Assembly: GCF_006345805.1 (NCBI RefSeq) | Contig: NC_043014.1 | Coordinates: 47,430,001-47,494,000, forward strand | DNA: 64,000 bases | Direction: 5' to 3' | Source: Octopus sinensis | Lineage: Eukaryota | Notes under the pieces: model-generated | Database searches by the model: none | Seen by the model: the letters and a program-made list of their open reading frames with translations, nothing else | What the model was told of the DNA's origin: nothing | Shown here: positions 52,408 to 63,735 of the stretch, in pieces | Layout: each line of letters begins with the position of its first letter | How positions within the stretch are numbered: the stretch's first letter is position 1 | Program-made: the position numbers and the translations under genes

Positions 52408-52809
52408 CCTCTTCGCATTTAGATTATTCTGTCATGCATTCGGCTTTATTTCAATGATGTGGTTGTTTATTTTTAGAATGACATTGTCGGGTAGGTGTGA
52501 CATGTGAGAGGTAGATCAAACTGGTTTTAACATAGCACAGCTAGAATATTTGGGCTGTGTATGACCAGTTTAACCCTTTTGTTACCATATTTATTTTGAG
52601 GTGCTCTGTGTTTCTTTCAATTAATTTTAAATATAACAAAGAATTTAGTAAAATAACTTAGTTATCGTTAAGCTGGTGTTAGGAACGTAAATTGTAACTA
52701 AGGTCTGGTGGAAGATTTTAATTCAAAACTTATGAAAACAAGACGTTTGTACTCAGAGCCAGAGCCGGTTTCAGCCAGGTTGGTAACGAAAGGGTTAAAT
52801 GCTAAGGAG
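52408..52809. mobile_element. Family D MITE (opposite orientation) with a nested family E MITE
   Basis: TTAA at 52404-52407 and 52810-52813, degenerate TIRs, internal similarity to family D. Confidence 0.7.
52574..52794. mobile_element. piggyBac-like MITE (family E), nested
   Basis: TIR CCCTTTTGTTACCA/TGGTAACGAAAGGG (13/14 match), TTAA duplicated at 52570-52573 and 52795-52798. Confidence 0.85.
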
Positions 52810-53068
52810 TTAAACCCAAAACCTGGCTTGAGTACTTGCAACCAAGTGGGTTTTACTAAAGGCTTTCAAGGAAACGACAGGGATCAATTACCTTTATTTA
52901 TAACATGTTGGCCTGGTTATTATTACTGTTAGAATTAGCTTCAGTAATAATTACTTTTTCTAAACTCTTTTTTTTCTTCTTTGTTAGAGCAGCCTGTCCC
53001 AACCTTTTAACATCTTGACCATTTTGACCAACAAATCCTCTTCAACATTTTCCTTTTAAAATATTTAA

Positions 53069-53247
53069 CCCTTTAGTATTCAGATTAGTCTGTCAAGTGT
53101 TATGCTTATCTATTCATGATGTTTTAAATTAGTCATGCATTATCTCGTAGCTTTAAGATTGCCGTAATTTGACTGTATATTTTGAGAATAACATTGTAGG
53201 GTAGGTGTAAGAGGCCAGATACGGCTGCTGATTGGAATGCTAAAGAG
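53069..53247. mobile_element. Family D MITE
   Basis: TTAA-CCCTTTAGTATT...AATGCTAAAGAG-TTAA. Confidence 0.75.
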
Positions 53248-53264
53248 TTAAATATAAAAACAGT

Positions 53265-54495
53265 TATCATCATCATCATCATTGTTTAATGTCCGCTTTC
53301 CATGCTGGCATGGGTTGGATGGTTTGAGGACTGGCAAGCCAGAAGGCTGCACCAGGCTCCAGTCTGATCTGGCAAGGTTTCTATGGTTGGATGCTCTTCC
53401 TAACGCCAACTACTCTGAAAGTGTAATTAATGGGTGCTTTTTATGTGCCACCGGCACAAGGGCCAGTCAGGCAGTACTGGCATCAACCACACTCGAATGG
53501 TGCTTTTTATGTGCCACCAGCACGGGAGCAAGTCAGGCGGCACTGGCAACAACCATGCTCAAATGGTGGTTTTTATGTGCCACCAGCACTAGGCATCAAC
53601 CATGCCCGAATGGTGCTTTTTACGTGCCACTGGCACTGGTATCAACCACACTTGAATGGTGCTTTTTATGTGCCCCAAGCACCAGTCAGGTGGCACTGGT
53701 ATCAACCACACTTGAATGGTGCTTTTTATGTGCCACTGGCACTGGTATCAACCACACTTGAATGGTGCTTTTTATGTGCCCCAAGCACCAGTCAGGTGGC
53801 ACTGGTATCAACCACACTTGAATGGTGCTTTTTATGTGCCCCAAGCACCAGTCAGGTGGCACTGGTATCAACCACACTTGAATGGTGCTTTTTATGTGCC
53901 CCAAGCACCAGTCAGGTGGCACTGGTATCAACCACACTTGAATGGTGCTTTTTATGTGCCCCAAGCACCAGTCAGTGGCACTGGTATCAACCACACTTGA
54001 ATGGTGCTTTTTATGTGCCCCAAGCACCAGTCGGTGGCACTGGTATCAACCACACTTGAATGGTGCTTTTTATGTGCCCCAAGCACAGTCAGGTGGCACT
54101 GGTATCAACCACACTTGAATGGTGCTTTTTATGTGCCCCAAGCACCAGTCAGGTGGCACTGTATCAACCACACTTGAATGGTGCTTTTTATGTGCCCCAA
54201 GCACCGTCAGGTGGCACTGGTATCAACCACACTTGAATGGTGCTTTTTATGTGCCCCAAGCACCAGTCAGGTGGCACTGTATCAACCACACTTGAATGGT
54301 GCTTTTTATGTGCCCCAAGCACCGTCAGGTGGCACTGGTATCAACCACACTTGAATGGTGCTTTTTATGTGCCCCAAGCACCAGTCAGGTGGCACTGGCA
54401 TTGACCATACTTGAATGGAGCTTTTTACATGCCACCGGCATGGGTGCCAGTCAGGCGGCACTGGCATCGGTGACAACAACGATTTCACTTGACTA
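53265..54495 (-). repeat. Family C element whose internal module expanded into a 60-bp minisatellite (about 12 units, ~53630-54390)
   Basis: Unit GGCACTGGTATCAACCACACTTGAATGGTGCTTTTTATGTGCCCCAAGCACCAGTCAGGT; three successive 60-nt lines are identical. Confidence 0.9.
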
Positions 54496-55048
54496 AATAT
54501 TTAAGTCACTCACTATGCAAGTACATCTCCATAAATATTTAATGATATTTACAATTGCCTCTTTGAGGGGAAATATTCTACAGAATTTGTTTGCAGTAAA
54601 TGTTGTGTTGTGACTTTTATTATGCTTCTTGAAGTTTAATCTAGAACATTCATTGACATTTCATCACATATTTCAAAAGTAAAAAATTTTTGTTTTTACA
54701 ACTTTTCACAATGTGGCACAGTTTGAATTACGACCCAAGCACAACAGGGCTAACATGTTGAAAGCATTTGCTGCATGTTGTATTGCAGTTACCTGTCTAA
54801 TTAGTGTGGTGAGGTTACTTGTGTAACAGTGTGGTGAGATTGTCTAATTAGTGTAGTGAATTTACCTGTTTTATAGTAAGGTGAGGTTATTACTGTTAGA
54901 TTGCCTGTCTAATTAATGTATATCAACCATGCTATACAGTACTTACCTGTATCACCTGTCTAACTCTATGTAATAATATTAGTCTTTTAGTCTCAGTTCT
55001 GTGGACTGCATCTAATCCTGTCTACTATCATTGTTTCTATTCTCAACA

Positions 55049-55438
55049 GTGTGGAGGCGCAATGGCCCAGTGGTTAGGGCAGCGGACTCGCGGTCGTAGG
55101 ATCGCGGTTTTGATTCCCAGACCGGGCGTTGTGAGTGTTTATTGAGCAAAAACACCTAAAGCTCCACGAGGCTCTGGCAGGGGATGGTGGTGATCCCTGC
55201 TGTACTCTTTCACCACAACTTTCTCTCACTCTTACTTCCTGTTTCTGTTGTACCTGTATTTCAAAGGGCCGGCCTTGTCACTCTCTGTGTCACGCTGAAT
55301 ATCCCTGAGAACTACGGTAAGGGTACACGTGTCTGTGGAGTGCTCAGCCACTTGCATGTTAATTTCACGAGCAGGCTGTTCCGTTGATTCGGATCAACCG
55401 GAACCCTCATCGTCGTAACCGACGGAGTGCTTCCATCC
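55049..55438 (+). mobile_element. tRNA-derived SINE (family G), full length
   Basis: A box TGGCCCAGTGG, B-box-like GGTTTTGATTCCC, CpG-rich (young); flanked by a 77-bp direct repeat. Confidence 0.8.
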
Positions 55439-55622
55439 AATAATATTAGTCTTTTAGTCTCAGTTCTGTAGACTGCATCTAATCCTGTCTACCATCATTG
55501 TTTCTATTCTCAACAAGTATTTTGCCCCCATCATCATCATCATCATCATCATCATTACCACCACTAATCCCCTTCCAGTTTATCGCCCTAATCCTGACCA
55601 TGCTGTGTATTGTGTGTTTCAG

Positions 55623-55853
55623 CTGCAGTTATGCGAAGAAGACCAGGAAAATTACCATCATCGAGGGAACGAGGAAGGAGAGCTGCAGTTTATGTTGCGG
55701 GTTATGTCAAAGGACAAAACCTGGAACATCCGACGCAGCTATGACAACTTTCGCATGCTTGATAAACAGCTACACAAATGCATCTTTGACCGACGCTTCA
55801 GCCATCTGCCAGAACTTGGCAGTCAGAGTGATATTTCGAATATCACAGAAACA
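55623..55853 (+). CDS. ARHGAP32: Internal coding exon, PX domain of ARHGAP32/33-like RhoGAP
   Basis: Acceptor gtgtttcAG (55621-55622), donor ACA|GTGAGT (55854). 231 nt, phase 0/0. LQLCEEDQ...KTWNIRRSYDNFRMLDKQLHKCIFDRRFSHLPEL matches the family motif WIVKRSYEDFRVLDKHLHLCIYDRRFSQLSEL. Confidence 0.95.
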
Positions 55854-56567
55854 GTGAGTCCATTTTCATGCTAAATTTTCTTGTTTTATTTTCAGGGTTT
55901 AAGCATTTAAGTGTGGGTTGGCTAGTGCTGTAAATTCAGTCTGTTGTAGAAACTTTCACAGCAGTTTATTGTTGTTAGTTGCATGTCTTTCTCTGTAACT
56001 ACGGTGGCTTCTGTTTGAAATCATTAGATCAGAGTAGAAGAGAAAGTAATTCTATATAAGACTATATATTTACCTTTATACTATAGTTATAACACCTACA
56101 AAGACTGTGAACATCAGATAAAGGGCCCTAATTTACACCTAGTTGGAGTTTCATTGACCTTCTGTCAGTCTATATATTCTGTGTATATTCTCCTATATGA
56201 GGGAATAATGAAAAGTTCCTAGCTTTAAGGGTATCATGTAGGGCCTGAAGTTCTTTTACAGAGCTTAGAAAAACTGAAGGACTGTTGCCGCAAGTGTGTG
56301 AGTCCAAGACGGGGATATGTTGAATAAGATCATAATTAATTGATCCTTCTATATTTTCTCTTGCCCAAAGTCAGGAACTTTTCAGTATCCCCTTCTAAAG
56401 CATTATTTCTTATATTCCATACTTTGGTCTGCAATTTTTCAGATTAGATTGTTGTGCCTTGTTGAAGGATTTCTTTAGTGTAAGATTGACGGAATGTAAT
56501 CCTTTAGATTTGTTGGGGTCAGCAGAATGATGTTTTCTGTCCAAAGTTAACTTGGTACCAATGTCCT

Positions 56568-56800
56568 TATTTCTTTATTGCCCACAGGGGGCCAAACATA
56601 GAGGGGACAAACAAGGACAGACAAAGAGATTAAGTCGATTACATCGATTTCAGTGCATAACTGGTACTTATTTAATCGACCCCGAAAGGATGAAAAGCAA
56701 AGTTGACCTTGGTGGAATTTGAACTCAGAACATAACGGTAGACAAAATAATGCTAAGCATTTCACCTGGCGTGCTAACGTTTCCGCCAGCTCGCCGCCTT
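56568..56800 (-). mobile_element. SINE family B
   Basis: Reverse-complement copy. Confidence 0.8.
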
Positions 56801-56989
56801 GAACCAATGTTCTACCATTCCTTCACCTATAAACTATGTATTTATATTTAATCTGTGGACAAATAGAGTAGTATGTCTTGCTTAAGGACATAATATGAAG
56901 TACACTGAAGAAAACTCAATTCCTGACAACTGTCATTATTGAGAGTATGGGTGGGGACAGATACAGGACCATTATAGCCCTCACTTTAT

Positions 56990-58000
56990 TACTAGCACTG
57001 CCCTACAGCTAAAGATAGTCTTTTGGATTCATTTGTGCTACCACACTGGTAATGTGTTTATGTAAGTTATTTAGAAGTGGTGTCTCCAACATCTGGTGGT
57101 CAGTACCTCTCAGACCAGTAACATTGATGTGGTCGATGTCCAGGTTTAAAATGTTCTGGTCCACATCTTCAGAATAAATGTATGTGAGAAAGGGAGTATC
57201 AAATTTATACCCTAACAACAAAGAAACCTCACTAAAGACACCAAAATACCCTATACTCTTTACTCTCTTTTACTTGTTTCAGTCATTTGACTGCGGCCAT
57301 GCTGGAGCACCACCTTTAGTCGAGCAAATCGACCCCAGGACTTATTCTTTGTAAGCCTAATACTTATTCTATCGGATCTCTTTTGCCGAACCGCTAAGTT
57401 ACGGGGGCGTAAACACACCAGCATCGGTTGTCAGGCGATGTTGGGGAGACAAACACACACACACACACACACATATATATACGACAGGCTTCTTTCAGTT
57501 TCCGTCTACCAAATCCACTCACAAGGTGCCACACAGTGGGACTGAATCCAGAACCATTTGGTTGGTAAGCAAGCTACTTACCACACAGCCACTCCTGCGC
57601 CTGTCACCCTTTGGTGACAGTCTTTAACTGGATTGCTTAACTTTTCCCCTGGACATCTCCCAACTGTAGTTTGACTTCATGAGGGTAAAAACAGTTCATT
57701 TCAATGGGTTCATTTCAAAGCCACTGCAAGTGAAAAGTGTTGACTGTATCAACTGACCAACAACTTTTACTTGGTCATTACATAGGGTGACAAGTGAGTG
57801 GTTAGGAAATTCTAAGATGGGTGATGTTAGTGTGATTCATGTTCTGGATGGAAATAGGTGATGGGGGAGGTCTAGTGGGTATGTAGTTCTGTTGTGGAAA
57901 GATTGAAGGTTTGTGGTGGGCCCCAGTAAGGAAGGATGAAATAAGGCCAGGAGGATGTTTGGACCAATTTTTGTAAACATTGGTGATTGAGAGAGACTGC
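56990..58000 (-). mobile_element. Possible LINE endonuclease-region relic split by a SINE
   Basis: Minus-strand fragments DIDHINVTGLRGTDHQML (SDH-like) and HLRIS/GQLIQS resemble an APE domain. Heavily degraded. Confidence 0.35.
57258..57601 (-). mobile_element. SINE family A with internal deletion
   Basis: Lacks the ctttggtcggcccgaggctatagtagaagacacttgccc segment. Confidence 0.85.
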
Positions 58001-58275
58001 AGTTGTGAGTGCCTTGGGAAAGGAAAAAAAATAAGGGAGTCAACCTCAACAGCAAATGAAGGAGCAGTCCTTAGATGGTCCAGTGCCTTCTTTGACATTC
58101 TCCTGCAAACTCCAAGGTAGAGGTGGTGCTCTCCACTCCTGTAAGACAATCCACTTAGGAGGAGGCCACTCCAATGTAAAATCTACAGCTTGCTGATCAC
58201 CAGATAACTATATTATCTATCTTCCAAATCTAAAGATTGGGATTGGATTCTGCTGACCGACTCGACTCGCTTTGA

Positions 58276-58495
58276 TCCTTTTGTTACCTTATTTCTGTTA
58301 ACCTATGCAGCCTTAGTTTCCATTGATTTCTAAAATAATGGAAAGTTTAATAAAATAACTTTCTCATTGTTAAGCTGGGGTCTGGATCAAATTAGCATAA
58401 AATTTTTATGGGAGCTTATAATTCAGACCCCTTTAAAACAGTAAGTTTACGTCATTGAACCTGAGGCAGTTTCAGGCGGGTTGGTATCAGAAGGG
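58276..58495. mobile_element. Diverged family E-like MITE
   Basis: ccttttgttacc...ggtatcagaaggg ends and internal similarity to 52574-52794. Confidence 0.55.
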
Positions 58496-58499
58496 TTCA

Positions 58500-58690
58500 G
58501 ACTCTTTTACTTGTTTCAGTCATTTGACTGCGGCCATGCTGGAGCACCGCCTTTAATCGAGCAACTCGACCCCGGGACTTATTCTTTTTGTAAGCCCAGT
58601 ACTTATTCTATCGGTCTTTTTTGCCGAACCGCTAAGTAACAGGGACATAAACACACCAACATCGGTTGTCAAGCAATGCTTGGGGGACAA

Positions 58691-58727
<37 letters not shown>

Positions 58728-58899
58728 CATATATATGACGGGCTTCTTTCAGTTTCCGTCTACCAAATCCACTCACAAGGCTTTGGTCGGCCCGAGGCTA
58801 TAGTAGAAGACACTTGCCCAAGGTGCCACGCAGTGGGACTGAACCCGGAACCATGTGGTTGGTAAACAAGCTACTTACCACACAGCCACTCCTGCGCCT
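58500..58899 (-). mobile_element. SINE family A
   Basis: Full-length copy. Confidence 0.9.
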
Positions 58900-59214
58900 A
58901 CTAAGAAAAGCCTAAAACACTTGTGGGTGTGATGCTCTCTTACGCAAGATCTTCAGACATGAAGAGACTGCCATCATCATCAATGTCCCCACAACAAAAT
59001 AACTGACTTGAAATAGATGGAGGAGGAAGAGGGAGTGGCAGTGATAGATTATGGTGGTGGTGATGTTGGGGGACATCTGAAATGCTAGGTTTGAACTCTT
59101 AACATGCTGGTCAATAGCCCATCACTTTAATTAACCAACTGATTTAGATTTTAGAATCAGAAAATTACTGCCTTCTTCACCATCATCAGACAAGGATCTC
59201 ATCATTGTGTATCC

Positions 59215-59720
59215 ATAGGAGTGGCTGTGTGGTAAGTAGCTTGTCTACCAACCACATGGTTCTGGGTTCAGTCCCACTGCGTGGCACCTTGGGCAAGTGT
59301 CTTCTACTATAGCCTTGGGCCGACCAAAGCCTTGTGAGTGGATTTGGTAGACGAAAACTGAAAGAAGCCTGTCGTATATATGTATATGTGCGTGTGTGTT
59401 TGTGTGTCTGTGTTTGTCCCCCTAGCATTGCTTGACAACCGATGCTGGTGTGTTTATGCCTTGCGAGTGGATTTGGTAGACGGAAACTGAAAGAAACCTG
59501 TCGTAAATATATATATGTGTGTGTGTGTTTGTCCCCCTAGCATTGCTTGACAACCGATGCTGGTGTGTTTACGTCCCCGTCACCTAGCGGTTCTGCAAAA
59601 GAGACCGATAGAATAAGTACTGGGCTTACAAAAGAATAAGTCCCGGGATCGAGTTGCTCGACTAAAGGCGGTGCTCCAGCATGGCCACGGTCAAATGACT
59701 GAAACAAGTAAAAGAGTAAA
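59215..59720 (+). mobile_element. SINE family A with internal tandem duplication
   Basis: Segment ccttgtgagtggatttgg...gctggtgtgttta occurs twice (~59330-59457 and ~59458-59570). Confidence 0.85.
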
Positions 59721-60339
59721 GAGAGTAAATATGTCAGCTCTTGTCAAACACTATAGACATGTGTGTGTGTGTGTGTTTATGTATATGATTGTAGGGTGAG
59801 ATTTGAGGGAGGTTTGGTTGCTATATCTAACAGGAATAATGAACCTGTAAAAGGAAATTCTTATGGGTTCACTATTACTGCTGTGTGGTGCAATATTTGT
59901 GCCTGTGGTGTGTGTATATGTTATGTCTGATGTGTGTGTATTACGTCTGATGTGTTCGTGTTATGTATGATGTGTTTGTGTGTTATGTCTGATGTGATTA
60001 TGTCTATAATGTGTGTGTGTTTGTGTCTGTAATGTATATGTGTGCATGTGATGTGTGTGTATGTATGTGTGTGTGTGTGAAGAAGGAAAATGGCCAAATT
60101 TGCCCCAAAGATGAAAGATGTCCCGTTTGAGGTCAAATTACAACTGAGCTGTTTCTTAGTCTCGTCACATCTCCTTTTAATTAATTAGAGATGGGACGAC
60201 TTGATATCATACAAGCTCCCTAATTGGACGACGCCCCGTATTGATGTTGTCATGGTTATTGCTTCCTGTTCTTAATAAATGCCATCAGTTGGTGATGGTA
60301 GGGGGATAAGACTAGATCCAGAAGCACTTATACACTTTC

Positions 60340-60752
60340 TCTTACACATACATCTACACACACACTTACAAACATACACCTACACACATACACACACACA
60401 CACACACTTACAAATATACACCTACACACACACACACACACACACTTACAAACATACACCTACACACACACACACACTTACAAACACACACCTACACATA
60501 CTTTCTCTTACACATACATCTACACACACACACTTACAAACATACACCTACACACACACACATACACACACTTACAAACATACACCTACACACACACACA
60601 CACACTTACAAACATACACCTACACACACACACACACACACACACAAACATACACCTACACACACACACACACACTTACAAACATACACCTACACACATA
60701 CACACACACACACACTTACAAACATACACCTACACACAGACACACCTACACA
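60340..60752. repeat. ~30-bp (CA)n-based minisatellite
   Basis: cacacttacaaacatacacctacacaca repeated about 11 times. Confidence 0.9.
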
Positions 60753-61101
60753 CATGAAATGATACTTCAGATTTGTTGCTATGGTTTCAGTTAATTAAAC
60801 TGACATACTTAATATGACATATTTTCATTTAAAAACAACCCTTCCCCCCTCTCCCAGTTTTTTTAGTAGGGTGCAGGGATAGTGAAGACAATGGGCCAAT
60901 GGTTGTGATGGACCCCTATCTTCTGGATGTGGGATATTAGAGCTTTATCTGATAGATTGACTGGGTGTTTCGCCTCCCTGGGTATCTGGTTTCCCTATGT
61001 TCCATGCCAGCGGGGAGACTGAAAATATAGTTATGTAGCAGAGAGGAAAGCATGTTGCTGCAGCTGGTCTGGAAATGAGAAAAAGTGGGAAATTGTGTGT
61101 A

Positions 61102-61502
61102 TAGGCGCAGGAGTGGCTGTGTGGTAAGTAGCTTGCTTACCAACCACATGGTTCTGGGTTCAGTCCCACTGCGTGGCACCTTGGGCAAGTGTCTTCTGCT
61201 ATAGCCCCGGGCCGACCAATGCCTTGTGAGTGGATTTGGTAGACGGAAACTGAAAGAAGCCTGTCGTATATATGTATATATATATATGTATGTGTGTGTG
61301 TGTTTGTGTGTCTGTGTTTGTCTCCCTAGCATTGCTTGACAACCGATGCTGGTGTGTTTACGTCCCCGTAACTTAGCGGTTCGGCAAAAGAGACCGATAG
61401 AATAAGTACTGGGCTTACAAAGAATAAGTCCCGGGGTCGATTTCCTCGACTAAAGGCGGTGGTCCAGCATGGCCGCAGTCAAATGACTGAAACAAGTAAA
61501 AG
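61102..61502 (+). mobile_element. SINE family A
   Basis: Full-length copy. Confidence 0.9.
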
Positions 61503-62052
61503 AGAGAGAGAGAGAGAGTATGTACTGTAAGTTTTGGTATCCAAGTCAAATTTTTCAGGCCAAAATTTCCAGACAAAAAAATGACAGGTCAACTTTATGC
61601 ACCTAGATAATTTTTAAAGGACCTAAACAAGTACATATAAAATTCAGCAGGATTTGGAAAGATAGTGATGATGTTTATTTACACTGCATGCTTACACCAT
61701 ATACTATGTTGACTTGTATACCAGAAAATACAGTATGTATGTGTGTGTGTCTCTGTGTGGGTGTAAATGTTGCTGGGAGGAAGAGGTGTGTCCTGTTGGC
61801 ACCCAGTCAGTAAAAGTAAAACATTCTACCGAAGAAAACAAGTTATGAAGGAATTTCAGCATGACTTCATCATGTTGTATTGTCAGCCAGCTCTGTTACA
61901 TGGTGTTAGATAAAGTTATATCCACTGTGTCTGAATAAAAGATGGGATGGTCGAGGTTGGAACGTCTTTGATTGTAGATGTGTTAGGGATAAAAAGCAGC
62001 ATAATTTCATTCGTATCATCACACTACCATACAGCATAATGCATATTATACC

Positions 62053-62468
62053 TATTTCTTTATTACCCACAAGGGGCTAAACATAGAAGGAACAAACAAG
62101 GACAGACAAAGGTATTAAGTCGATTACATCAACCCCAGTGTGTAACTGGTACTTAATTTATCGACCCCGAAAGGATAAAAGGCAAAGTCGACCTCGGCGG
62201 AATTTGAACTCAGAACGTAACGGCAGATGAAATACCTATTTCTTTATTATCCACAAGGGGCTAAACATAGAAGGAACAAACAAGGACAGACGAAGGGATT
62301 AAGTCGATAACATCAACCCCAGTGTGTAACTGGTACTTAATTTATCGACCCCGAAAGGATGAAAGGCAAAGTTGACCTCGGCGAAATTCGAACTCAGAAT
62401 GTAACGGTAGACGAAATACTGCTAAGCATTTCACCCAGCGTGCTAACGTTTCTGCCAGCTCACCGCCT
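62053..62468 (-). mobile_element. SINE family B with duplicated 3' ~185 bp
   Basis: tatttctttatta...cacaaggggctaaacatagaagg...gaaatac occurs twice in tandem before a single head. Confidence 0.85.
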
Positions 62469-63047
62469 GTGGTGGTATAATGCTTCACTACCACCACACC
62501 ACACTACAAAAGCCAGTATCACATGACCACACACACTACTAAAACGCTGTCTACAAAAGCAACCAATCCACACTTGCTCTATTATGTTCAATCAACTGGA
62601 CTGGCACATTTGAGTAACTAGGAAGAAGATGCAGTATTAATTCATATCCATCTCTTGATGTAAGCATGAAGACTGAGTTACAGGGAAGGGAAGTGCTATG
62701 TGATGTTGTGGCATTCATATTTTCCTCATGCTTGAGGAAACTGCATCAAAAGAAGTGAGCTTATCATCATTATCATCATCATTTAACGTCCGCTTTCCAT
62801 GCTGGCATGGGTTGGACAATTTGACTGAGGTCTGGCGAACCAGACTCCAATCTGGCAGAGTTTCTACAGCTGGATGCCTTTCCTAATGCCAACCACTCCG
62901 AGAGTGTAGTGGGTGCTTTTACGTGCCGCCGGCACGAGGGCCAGTTTGGTGGTTGTAAAAAAAAATAGAAGTTTTTATTTGTTGTTAAATGTCACCCTTT
63001 TCCACCTCTCTTTCTCTCACACTTTTGTCTGTCTGTGTGTCCTTCAG

Positions 63048-63140
63048 GAGATGCAAGAACTGCTGCAGAAATATCTGAAACGGTTCTCATCCATTGCTGG
63101 AAGTATGATCTACTGCGGCTCCATACTCAACTGGCTCGAG
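63048..63140 (+). CDS. ARHGAP32: Internal coding exon, end of PX domain of ARHGAP32/33-like RhoGAP
   Basis: Acceptor gtccttcAG (63046-63047), donor GAG|GTAAGA (63141). 93 nt, phase 0/0. EMQELLQKYLKRFSSIAGSMIYCGSILNWLE matches the family segment YLSRLSAIAGNKINCGPALTWME. Confidence 0.95.
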
Positions 63141-63144
63141 GTAA

Positions 63145-63179
<35 letters not shown>

Positions 63180-63399
63180 TCTCACTTTATTCTCTAACTC
63201 CACACACAACTTGTCACATGACTGGCATCAAAGTTCTTTCATTGGTTGTAACTAAATAACAAGATGTATTCACACTTGAAATTCTCCTTGCAAAAGGTCT
63301 TAAAACTAGTTTAACCATTTTAAATTTGTCTTTGATATTCCCATTGTACACACTGAGCTGTACATGATTAATTATGAATTACTTAATTTTCAAATTCCA

Positions 63400-63735
63400 A
63401 ACTCCACCTGTCTAACACTCATGGACATGTTTACAAAGTCAGAAAACAGCTCAGCTCCCATGACTTCAGGAAACATTTTTTCACGCTGAGAGTTGCTGAA
63501 GCATGGAACAAACTGCCGGCATCAGTTGTTAGTTGTCGGAGCACTGCATCCTTCAAAACTTCCATGCTTCCTGAGATTCACCAACACTACACCTGATTTT
63601 CTCCCCTCCATACACACGCAAGCATGTATCAGGCTCATACACTGTTTGCTTCCCAGACATTTGTACATTACTGCATATGCTTTATATGCACTTTTGACAA
63701 GTTGTGGTGCACCTGAGCACTGTAGACAATAATTT
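63400..63735 (+). mobile_element. CR1-type LINE 3' end (ORF2 C-terminus plus 3'UTR)
   Basis: Translates SNTHGHVYKVRKQLSSHDFRKHFFTLRVAEAWNKLPASVVSCRSTASFKTSMLPEIHQHYT*, the typical CR1 ORF2 terminus (RGH..K...FF..RV...WN.LP..VV). Confidence 0.85.

Noticed and set aside
53950-54330. Single-base length variants among 60-bp units
   Set aside because: Scattered 1-bp deletions look like long-read consensus errors, so not interpreted biologically.
55623-55628. Alternative acceptor at the second CAG (55626-55628)
   Set aside because: In frame, but the first AG gives the better match to the family sequence (IQ-LSLSEE vs LQ-LQLCEE); not supportable without reads.
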